A stretch of 64,000 nt of DNA, taken from the NCBI RefSeq assembly GCF_006345805.1, contig NC_043012.1, positions 43,524,001 through 43,588,000 on the forward strand. The letters run 5' to 3'. The position numbers and the translations under genes were made by a program. Under the pieces are notes generated by a model. The model made no database searches. It was given only the letters and a program-made list of their open reading frames with translations, and had not been told where the DNA came from. The stretch is from Octopus sinensis (taxonomy: Eukaryota). Shown here in pieces: positions 53,839-64,000 of the stretch (the first letter of the stretch is position 1; every line of letters starts with the position of its first letter).

Positions 53839-54411
53839 TATGTGGCCCCAGTAGACCCGAATGAAATTGGGTTCTCTTCATCAAAATGTGAAAAGGGGTC
53901 TAGAATTATCATCGCCACAACTTATGTATATGTCTTCCTCACTCTTTTTCCTAATGATAATTATCATCGCTACCACCACCAACACACAATCATGACAATC
54001 ATGTTTACATTGCAAAATATTTCATTTTCCCGTCCTCTCTTTCATATATCACCTTTTCTTTCTCGAGCTCTCTCTTTTTTCGCCGTCTCTATTTATTCTA
54101 CAACGAGACTATCAATGACAGCCGCAAAAGTTTCAATATTCCTACTTCAGCTCTTTCAGAAACGCAACAGATATTATTTTTTTTTTGCCGGGGTTAAAGC
54201 ACACTACATCCCGTCGGATTCACTCCAAAATTTACACCTTTTCTTTCTACCTCTAACTCCCCTTCAATTTCTCTTTATCTCCATTCATAAAGATAATTAT
54301 CATCGCCACCACCACCACCAACACACAATCTGGACAATCTTTCTCTTAAAACAAATCATGTTTACATTGCAACGATGTCTGCCACCTCCGCCGTCTCTAT
54401 TTATTCTGCAA

Positions 54412-54609
54412 ATGACCAGAACTGGGGAAACTTGGTTGAGTGTTCTATGGTCTATGACCAGAACTCCGGAAACTTGGTTGAGTGTTCTATGGTCTATCAC
54501 CAGAACTCGGGAAACTTGCTTGACTGTTCTATGGTCTATGACCAGAACTCGGGAAACTTGGTTGAGTGTTCTATGGTCTATGACTAGAACTTGGGAAACT
54601 TGGTTGAGT
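54412..54609. repeat. 42-bp minisatellite, about 4.7 units
   Basis: ATGACCAGAACTCGGGAAACTTGGTTGAGTGTTCTATGGTCT units at 54412, 54454, 54496, 54538 and 54580 (partial). Confidence 0.95.
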
Positions 54610-55295
54610 CCTCATCTTATAAAATGTGGCCCCAGTAGCCCCAAATGAAATCGGGTTATATTAACCAAAATGTGAAAAGGGGTCAAAATGGGGCTGGAAG
54701 GGGATTAAAATTTAAAGGAGCGGGTGTTTAGCAATTCTCTGTTACATCAAGCTAAAAAAATTGCGCCAGCCTTTTAATCGTCAATGTGTTGCCGTCCATG
54801 ATGAAGAAGTTTTGAATGCTTGCCATCGTGAGTCTACTGTCGTGATAAAGAATCAATTCAAAACTTGGTTTTTAGGGATTTTCTTTTACATCAAGTTCAA
54901 AATTTTACGCCAGCCGTTGAACTGTCAATACGTTGCTGTCCGTCGTTAAGAAATGCCAGCCATGGTGACTCTACTATCCTCAAATTCTATCCCTTCAAAC
55001 TTTGGTTTCCAATATTTTATTATTTTTATTCAGCTCGCACGTTCGTCTCTCCCTTTTAAATGTTAGTGTTTTGCTGTCTGCCTTGAAGCAGACATTTCCG
55101 TTGTTACTGCCTGATATTTATGATTGATCTTTCTAAATATTTTATTTCTCAACTTACTCAAGATCTTTTGTTGTTTATAAATGGGAGAGAGATAGATAAA
55201 GATAGAGAGTAAGAGAAAGCGAGGGAGAGTCCGAGAGAAAGGAAGAGTAAGAGAGTGGGAAAGTGAGAGAGAAAGGAGAGAGAAACAAAGAGGGA

Positions 55296-55610
55296 GAATC
55301 ATCATCATCATCATCATTTAACGTCCGTTTTCCGTGCTAGCACGGGTTGGACAGTTTGACAGGGGTCTGGGAAGCCAGGAGGCTGCACCAGGCTCCAGTC
55401 TGATCTGGCAGTGTTTCGACAGGTGGATGCTCTTCCTAACGCCAACCACTCTGTGAGCGTAGTGGGTGCTTTTTTCGTGCCGCCGGCACAGGTGCCAGGG
55501 GGGCTGGCAGCGGCTACGATCGGTTGGTGCTTTTTACGTGTCACCAGCACAGAAGCCAGTCATGGCGGCGCTGCAATCCGCCACGTTCTGATGGTGCTTT
55601 TTACGTGCTG
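55296..55610 (-). mobile_element. RTE-type LINE or SINE 3' end with (GAT)n tail
   Basis: (CAT)n-TTTAACGTCCGTTTTCC..GGATGCTCTTCCTAACGCCAACCA, a 3'-end motif I recognise from RTE-related elements. Confidence 0.6.
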
Positions 55611-55829
55611 AAAGGAAGCAACAGAAAGTAACAACCACACTCTTACCCGCGCGTAGAGCGGGTCACCTTCAGCTAGTTTATCTATAGTAAAAAAACACAC
55701 AAATTTCCACACGAAAGCACGTGATTTCTGCCCTTGGCATGTAGCTTCAACCGTGCTTTCTGACGTAAATTTGCTACCCGGGTATCGGTTAACCGAATTA
55801 TTCATACTAGGATAATTCATTCAACTACT

Positions 55830-55963
<134 letters not shown>

Positions 55964-58176
55964 TTCAGCAGTGGTAGACGTTTAGTATTTTGGTTGGGGG
56001 CTTGAATTAATTGTTCTTGATTGCACTTCATTAGAGGGTATATAGTAAAAACTATTGTTTCGTACCCGTATCAGAAAAATCAGCAGTTACGGTAAAAATA
56101 AATTTAGTGTCCCGTGCAAACACGCTTCGGCATGTTTACGAGAATCTTTGAAGGCAATCTTTCGCTTCGAACGGTAAATATACTTACTTTTGGATTAACT
56201 CCAACTCCATAATCTAATATGCTACTTTCGATTGGTAATAATGAAAGGCAATTTACCTAAATCAATATTTGCTTATACCTGAGGAAATATAATGATGAAA
56301 ATCAAATACGTCCAGCATGCTGAAATAGCGATAGACGTGTTAGCTCTTTAGGATAAATCGCAAAATATTACTGAAGCCAAATAATCTTCCCCCTATTTAT
56401 GTTGCTTACTTGTGCTGATTAGCTGTATTTGAAAATATGTGGAGGGCTGTAATACTAACATTCTATGAACGCTAGGTAGCTACCCTATAATATAACAACT
56501 GATAGAGTTAAATATTATGGAAATGCACCCATACCTTAAAAAAAAAAAGAAATAAATAAAACAACTGAACGAGGTGCTTAATACATGAATTGAAATTAAA
56601 TTTGTTTAAATTTTGGCGACCAAATGATACAATTTTCCTTCTGTTTACGTAGCAAACGAAGTTAAGAAAAATGCAAATCTCATAATTCACACAAGTGAAT
56701 CTTGTATACTAGACCAAGGAATATTATTGCTAGACTAACTCTTCATACATCCTTTGCTGAAGATGAAAGTCTACCCGACCGTTTAAAAGAGTTTGATTTT
56801 GAGAGTGACCATTATTTTGTAACTCGAAACTGTTACGTTTTGCACACATGTTGCTAGTATAGTCAAGATCAGATCAGAGAGATGTATACCTCTTTATGTC
56901 TCTGATATTGAAAATACATAACAGTCTATCCAAAGTAAAGAGGAAAACTTGAATAAGGCAAGTTCCCAAATATCAGAAATGATGTTTAATTGGACAGATT
57001 ATTTACTCTGTTTGGAATCAACAAATCAATTTCAGACTTTGTTTCACCACTTCTTCTTCTTTGTTTACATTTGTTTGCTTTGCTACCATGTGCAAAGCAG
57101 GTTGCTAAGCAAATTTCACAGAACTAAGAAAGAAACGATGAGAAAGAACCTCACAATTCTTACCAACTGAAACTGATAGGCCATTGATATACAACATGCC
57201 CATAGGTAAAATATTAATCTTCTTGACATCTCCATTAAAAATAGTCGCGTTGATGCAGCGACTGAACACCAATAGAGAAGATATTGTAGAGTGTGATTCA
57301 TGGTTGTTTGATGTTTTCTGCGTTTGGGGTATATACTTTGTATGAAAACGAATGTACTGAGATATCCCTAGACACGATCGCTTTTACTTTCGGCCGATAA
57401 GCATCACTTGGTGTAGTGCTTTCTAGACATGTGATGTTTAATAAAAAAAAATAATCAATACGTCTTTATGAGTGTGGGAATCATAGATTTAATCCTGCTA
57501 TCTAAAAAAAGATAAACGGAATACTTAAACACGAAATCAAACAGAAATCGACCATTACCTATCACTACAATTTCTTTTTTCTTTTCTTCATTTATCCTTA
57601 GATCTTGCTTCGCATAGAGAATTTAGTAGTTTTCATAGATATATTTGGATCTATGTGGTAAACTTTAATATCAGTGCAGTATTCGAATTATATGTTTTAG
57701 TTTAAAGCACAAGCTAAAACAAATAATTTAATATTCAAGTTCGATATTCTTATAGAACTGATGATAGTTCGAATCCTAGTATGAGTGTTTATTGTATCGC
57801 CATTGAGGTCATTTAATATTTAATGGTGAAATCAAATCTGTGTAGATAGATATCATAGGGAAGTGCAGTAACTATACTTTGATATATATGTTTAAAATGA
57901 ATTCATTACTCCCCTAACAATTATAAATCTCTTAATGTTCTTCCTTGCCTTTTTCGTCGATAACAATAATTATTTGTCTTCTTATCACTGTTGTAATTTC
58001 AGTTGATTGAGCATTCTTTTTGGCTAATGCCCTTCTTGCCGAAGTATCGCTGGAAGAGGCTCTAATGTTGTTAATTAAATTACCTGGTCGCAATTAAAAA
58101 GTTATAACATAGTTAAAGGTGTAACGCTATAGCTTACTCACCAAAATTTAGAGTCACTTCCTACCATATGCCTGGT

Positions 58177-58558
58177 AGGGATGGAAACGGGAGAGAAATG
58201 GGATTCGGGGTGATAGAAAAGGGATGAGGAGGAGGTGAGAAATGGGATGTGGTGGGGGAGAAAAAGTGGATGAGCAGGGAAGCGAGAGGCTGAGGTGGTG
58301 GTGAGTGAAATGTGTAATTATTTTAACTAAATATTTTCCCTCCATTACTTAACACGTTTGTAATGCTTTAACGTGATTAGACGAAGGGGAAGGCGAAGAG
58401 AGAAAGAAAAAACAGAGAGAAAAAGAGAGTAAGGCGAAGAGTGAGAAAGAAAGATGGAGAGTATTGTGTATCAAGTCTACAAAATTGTGCATAAAGTATA
58501 TAAAGTTTATACGAGGTCTGATCAATAAGTAGCTGGACTGTTGCACCAAAGCTAGAAC
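58177..58558 (+). repeat. Left arm of a 382-bp near-perfect inverted duplication
   Basis: Reverse complement of 59501-59882, no indels; one mismatch seen (58372/59687). Confidence 0.95.
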
Positions 58559-58695
58559 ACGCAGAGTAAAGCTGCACGGCATGGATTCACCTTAAACTCT
58601 GCTGTGCATGCGCACTAAGTTTTAACGTTCCAGCTCACTTCCGCTATTTACAGCAGTGCTTGGAAGGAAGGTATGTAGTGTGTGACCGTCGCATT
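58512..58695 (+). mobile_element. Mariner left end (same family as 37844-38721)
   Basis: TA|CGAGGTCTGATCAATAAG..GCATGCGCACTAAGTTTTAACGTTC..CAGTGCTTGGAAGGAAGG. Confidence 0.8.
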
Positions 58696-58859
58696 TGTCT
58701 GAATTCCTGGAGGCTTGCATGCGCAGCAGGCTTGCTACATGCAGTCTACGGCACCGTGTCATCTGTTCTTTTCAACAATCTAATACTTTCCTGATTACAA
58801 ACCTTCTGTAACAGTTCTACCGGGCACTCTATTCCAACTTCTTCTTGATGCCTTCTGAT

Positions 58860-59068
58860 ACTCTTTTACTCTTTTACTTGTTTCAGTCATTTGACTGTGG
58901 CCTTGCTGGAGCACCGCCTTTAGTCGAGCAAATCGACCCCAGGACTTATTCTTTGTAAGCCTGGTACTTATTCTATCGGTCTGTTTTGCCGAACCGCTAG
59001 TTACAGGGGCGTAAACACACCAGCATCGGTTGTCAAGCGATGTTGGGGGGACACACACACACGCATAT

Positions 59069-59129
<61 letters not shown>

Positions 59130-59288
59130 GACGGGCTTCTTTCAGTTTCAGTCTACCGAATCCACTCACAAGGCTTTGGTCGGCCCGAGGCTATAGTAGA
59201 AGACACTTGCCCAAGGTGTCACGCAGTGGGACAGAACCCGGAACCATGCCGTTCGTAAGCAAGCTACTTAACACACACCCACTCCTAC
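58860..59288 (-). mobile_element. SINE family A
   Basis: Full reverse-complement match, head unsplit (GTAAGCAAGCTACTTA on +). Confidence 0.92.
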
Positions 59289-59500
59289 TGTCCCCAAGAA
59301 CCCAACAATAACTTGCACTATCTTTACCTTCTTCATTTTCTTACTTAAGAGGGTTGTATTTATATATTTTTTTGCCTTTCTTCTTGACTATTCCTGAGTA
59401 AAAGGGGCACGCAACATCAACTATATAGCACATGTGGTGCATCTTGTCGACCACCACTAGATCCAGACTTAATCCATCTACCTCAAAAAAAGAGCTGTGA

Positions 59501-59882
59501 GTTCTAGCTTTGGTGCAACAGTCCAGCTACTTATTGATCAGACCTCGTATAAACTTTATATACTTTATGCACAATTTTGTAGACTTGATACACAATACTC
59601 TCCATCTTTCTTTCTCACTCTTCGCCTTACTCTCTTTTTCTCTCTGTTTTTTCTTTCTCTCTTCGCCTTCCCCTTCGTCTAATCACATTAAAGCATTACA
59701 AACGTGTTAAGTAATGGAGGGAAAATATTTAGTTAAAATAATTACACATTTCACTCACCACCACCTCAGCCTCTCGCTTCCCTGCTCATCCACTTTTTCT
59801 CCCCCACCACATCCCATTTCTCACCTCCTCCTCATCCCTTTTCTATCACCCCGAATCCCATTTCTCTCCCGTTTCCATCCCT
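59501..59882 (-). repeat. Right arm of the inverted duplication
   Basis: See 58177-58558. Confidence 0.95.
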
Positions 59883-62069
59883 TTTCTCCTACCCTTCCCC
59901 CACTACCCCCCCCCCTTTTGAAGAGTGACGGACGGGCTAATTAACGGAGTGACAAGCAGAATTATTATAAGATTTATTTCATTACTCACAAATGTCTAAA
60001 GTATTAACGAGAGTACAGAAAGGAAATAAATAGGAAAACACCGGGTTGAAGAAATAATAGAAGGTTTAAGGTAAGCAGGGATCGTATCACAGGCTGATGG
60101 GACCTGTTACTAGTACCATGTAAACCAGTGCTAACAGTTTCATGGTTGAGTTGTCGATGACTAAACCAGCTTCCCCACTTGAGTAGCTTGCTACTCTTCT
60201 GAGGAGGGTGTTTAGACATCCTAAAACCAAGACCTACCGAAAGGAGGATGATCGCCATGAGGGCCATCCAGTTGGAAAAAGCAATACCAAACCACCCCAG
60301 TATCTCTGTCTAGAACACACTATGAGAAAGTTAGAAAGAAGTAACGCTATGGATCCATCCAATGGAAGAACTAGCGTTTAATCGGGAAGACTTTCGTTGT
60401 GGCGTCATCAAAAGCGTACGATATATGACGACGACGATGCTGAAGAAAAGCTAGCTCCTTCGCCTAATTACGGAAGTAAAACATTTGTGAAGGTTTACGC
60501 ATGGTAATAACATAAAGTCATGGTAAATGTTATGACGTTGTACATGATTTCGAGAACAATTTCGACATTAGCATGAATAAATGTGAGAAGCAGTTCGGGT
60601 TGAATCTGTGTTTTGGGATCAGTGCAATAAATACAAGAATATCCTTGATTGTTGAAAGTTCCTGAAAACATTTCAGACACGTTTACAATTTCAAGGGCAC
60701 AAAATACAAAAGCAACAACAACAACAACAACAACAATACAAAATGTTCGGAAATGTAAATTTACACGATAATAACAAACGCACCACCAACAACAGCAGAG
60801 ATTCAAGACATGGGGTTTTTATATGAGATAATTCTGCTTGTCACTCCGTTACTTAGCCCGCCCGTCACTCTTTGAAGGAGGGGAGGAATAGTAGGGAAAG
60901 GGAGGAGAAAGGGAATGGAGAGGGGAGAGAAATGGGATGGGGAGGTGAGAGAAAGGGGATGAGGAGGGGTGATATATGAGATTAAAATCTGAAATCGACA
61001 AAAGGATTGATAGTCTATTGAGCAACAGTTGGTCAATATTTTGCAAACCGAGTGTCGCTCAGTTGAGTTTGTAGAAGAGTTCGATAATTATTCTTTGAAA
61101 GATGAAGAATCTTGCGTTTACGGTTCTTATTCTTCGTTTAAGTCTGAGGAAGATTGAAAGGATTGTATTGAAGGAAGTGAGGATGATTTGGTGTAAGAGA
61201 GTTAGAAGTTTCGAGTACGAAGAAGGAAACAGGAAATGGAGAGGAAAGTGTCAAAAACTAAAATTCAGGAAAGATGAGGAGATAGTGTTCCAATCAGAAG
61301 AGAAGCGGTAGACAAATGGTAAAGGTGGTAACTCATACCCAAATCGTTTTCCTTTTTATGGCCGTCAGATTGAATTCATTCCAGTTATATTGATGCACAA
61401 ACTACTCATGGAAGTAAACCTTTATATCGTTGTCACTTTTATTACTACTATTTTAGTTTCTAATATTAAGACTGTCCACGATCTTTTGTAAAGATCAAGG
61501 GAATGCTGCATCTCTCGGTGGCGGATCGGAGATATCGTGCAAACAAAACCATGGACTGAAGCAGGTCTATACCAACATGCAATACGTCAACTCCTTAAAA
61601 GACTCAACGAAACTTGACCGGATGTCCAGCCGGGATTTTAATGACAGATAAAAGGAGATCTATTTGTCCAGCAATAAGAGAGAAATGGCTGATTTGATTA
61701 TTATGACAGCTGCATATGTTACTGACATTATCAAAGACACATTATCATTGTAGTTTTTATTTTTACTAATGCTATTATACCAGATAGGTGATACTAGAAT
61801 TATTACAAGGTTCCCATTGCACTCAAATGGTTGGCATAATCACCATCCTTCTCCGAAGAACGAAGTTGGCTGCTATTATCGTCTGCCAACGTCACCATCA
61901 CAATAATGTCGAAATGAATTCCTGTTGCGTAGGAAACAGAATTGTCAAGATTATTTCTGGTGGAAGATATTTAATGCTGAAACTTACTCTCTCTTTACCC
62001 TTCTCTCTCTCTCAATCTCTCTCTCTCTCGTGCTTTGATAAGAATAATTCGGTCAATATACCTCCCTAG

Positions 62070-62210
62070 ATTGATACTTTATTTTATTGATTCCAAAAAG
62101 TTGAAAAGCAAATTTCACCTTCGTGGTAATTGAACTCGGAGCGCAAAGAGTCGGAACAAATGTCGCTAGATATTTTGTTCTATGCTCTAATGACTCTGAC
62201 GCCGCCAAAG
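62070..62210 (-). mobile_element. Old SINE family B remnant
   Basis: Degenerate reverse complement of head and body (AAAAGCAAATTTCACCT..GAACTCGGAGCGCAAAGA..GACGCCGCC). Confidence 0.45.
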
Positions 62211-63311
62211 TGTGTAAAATATTTTTAGAGTGACATAAAGATCATTAATATTTCTGCAATATTCCCATTAACGTTTAATGGAAGAAATAATTGACTTTTA
62301 GGAAAACTCTGTGTTGATTCACCCGTCCTCTCAGTGAAGTCAAAATACCCTTTTCAATTTTATAGTTATTGTCTCGAAACCTTTATGGATTGAATTTCGT
62401 TCACTTTCATTTCCCTAAAGGAATCCTTTCATTTGCGAGAATTTCGGGGGAAAATGGACTCCATTTACTTGCCACTGGTATTGTTCAGCATAATGCAAAA
62501 ATTAAATTTCCAACCTAACAAATACTTTTTTCTTTCCCTTTAACAGATAATTTTGACATTTGATACTATAAGTAGCATTCTGGTTTCTGTTGCACACACT
62601 ACTGCAAATAGCTCACTATTTTTTATTTAGTTTATTATTATTATTTACTTTCTTAATGTTTATTCATCGATCCCTCGGTAAAAACAAAAAGGAAATTTAT
62701 GAATCGATCGTTAGCTTTATTTAATAATTTTACCATGATTTTTGGAGTGTGTGTCAAAGGTTAGTTCAATTATGGAACATCAATAGAAAACAAAACCTCA
62801 GTAGTAGAGCACATTTCATGAATAGCACTTTTATATTCTTCATGGAGTTATGAATGCAGAGAGAAACAGGATGTGTTATTTGTTTCAACATATAGAACAG
62901 AGATGATATCGAACATTAAATATTGAGTTATATATAATCGCTTGTATGTGCGATATCAATACTTTTTAATTCGAGGATTCTCATATGAAAACCTTCAATC
63001 ACTAAAATACATATGTAAAGCAGGTTCCAGTGGTGCGATGTAATATAGTACATTGTATGTATGTGTTTATGTGTGTATATATGTAATACATAATGCATAT
63101 ATATGCTACAAACCAAAACAATTTTATTCGCTTTGCAACATATTTACGCAATGTAGATGAATTAAGCAATACAAAAACGAATGTAAGCATTTTATTACAT
63201 AGTATACTTTGTAAAAGAAAAATTCAGGCGGTTATATTATTTGTGTTTACTGAGTGTAGTGGAACATTTTAACGTGTACATTTGAATCTTATGTATATCT
63301 ACATGTAATAT

Positions 63312-63314
<3 letters not shown>

Positions 63315-63374
<60 letters not shown>

Positions 63375-63422
63375 TTATATATATAATATAATAGTTTGCT
63401 ATACTAACAAATGATAATAATA

Positions 63423-63459
<37 letters not shown>

Positions 63460-63616
63460 CGAAGCAATATATACGTTTGTACTTATGTATCTACATACAC
63501 ACACATACATACATACGTAAACACACACACATACATACGTACATACATACATACATACATACATACATACATACATACATACATACATACATACATACAT
63601 ACATACATACATACAT
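63315..63616. repeat. Cluster of (TA)n, (AAT)n and (CATA)n microsatellites
   Basis: Direct observation. Confidence 0.95.
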
Positions 63617-64000
63617 TTATTGTCTGAAAATTATTCTGGGTAACAAAGCTACATAAAATGTTTTCAAATTCAATGGCGAGAGAATTCCTATAGAAAATGG
63701 AACTTAAATATAGTTTCAATTTTTATTTAGTTTCGATGATTCATGTAGAAAAGAATTTCTTTGAGAAAAGAAAATATGAAATTATACGTTTTTTTTTTAA
63801 TGTTTCCAAAGTTATGAGTTCTGTACTTGAGTCATTTGCTACATTCTGTTTATTCTTGTGGAACACTTGAGATATATCTATTCCAAGACTTCCAGAATGG
63901 ATTGTATTTAGTGATGCTTGAAACATTATTGAAAATCGTTAGATCAATTTATGTGGATAAATGCATAAACATTCTGGTTAATTGGAGAATACGTGAGTAT

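Larger units (their letters stand above)
53242..55676 (+). mobile_element. Probable composite non-autonomous Helitron (about 2.4 kb)
   Basis: A|TCTCTATATATAAA 5' end like the 8104 element; perfect hairpin ACCCGC-gcgtaga-GCGGGT (55645-55663), then CTAG|T (55673-55676). Pairing of these two ends is inferred. Confidence 0.65.

Noticed and set aside
54412-54609. CRISPR-like array
   Set aside because: Contiguous 42-bp units with no unique spacers, and no cas genes; eukaryotic minisatellite.
53842-54648. 268-aa ORF, the longest in the track
   Set aside because: Spans low-complexity, internally duplicated and 42-bp minisatellite DNA; no domain recognisable.
57164-57400. Minus-strand exon ending at a G|GTAAGA donor
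   Set aside because: No convincing acceptor or recognisable peptide; isolated donor-like motifs are common.
60040-60370. RTE-type LINE 5' region
   Set aside because: Only a vague recollected resemblance; no coding motif or second copy here to support it.
61000-61310. CR1/L2-like linker remnant on the minus strand (RFSSDWN)
   Set aside because: Too short and degenerate to support a call.

Overview
AT-rich, microsatellite-dense animal DNA made almost entirely of nested, decayed transposable elements. The tRNA-head SINEs, R4/Dong LINEs and (ATT)n/(TA)n/(GA)n density suggest an octopus genome; this is inferred from repeat content. I found no host-gene exon, RNA gene or CRISPR array that I can support, and most supplied ORFs are microsatellite read-throughs or TE fragments. 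DNA transposons: two full-length decayed DD34D mariners, further mariner pieces, a DD36E Tc1-type element, Chapaev3-like copies and two non-autonomous Helitrons. Retroelements: about ten co-oriented R4/Dong fragments at (ATT)n tracts, a Hero-like fragment, Tx1/L1-like elements and two SINE families (called A and B here). The best lead is at 5301-7624. One SINE-A copy is split at essentially the same position of its tRNA-like head by two different inserts. Each insert has its own target-site duplication, a CGCATGC 5' start and a 3' stem-loop with a shared loop. This suggests a SINE-targeting, sequence-specific Tx1-like family with non-autonomous derivatives. Also notable are a near-perfect 382-bp inverted duplication that creates a new pair of mariner TIRs, and hammerhead-core-like motifs in the Hero-like 3' UTR. 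All alignments and translations were done by eye, and boundaries marked ~ are approximate.
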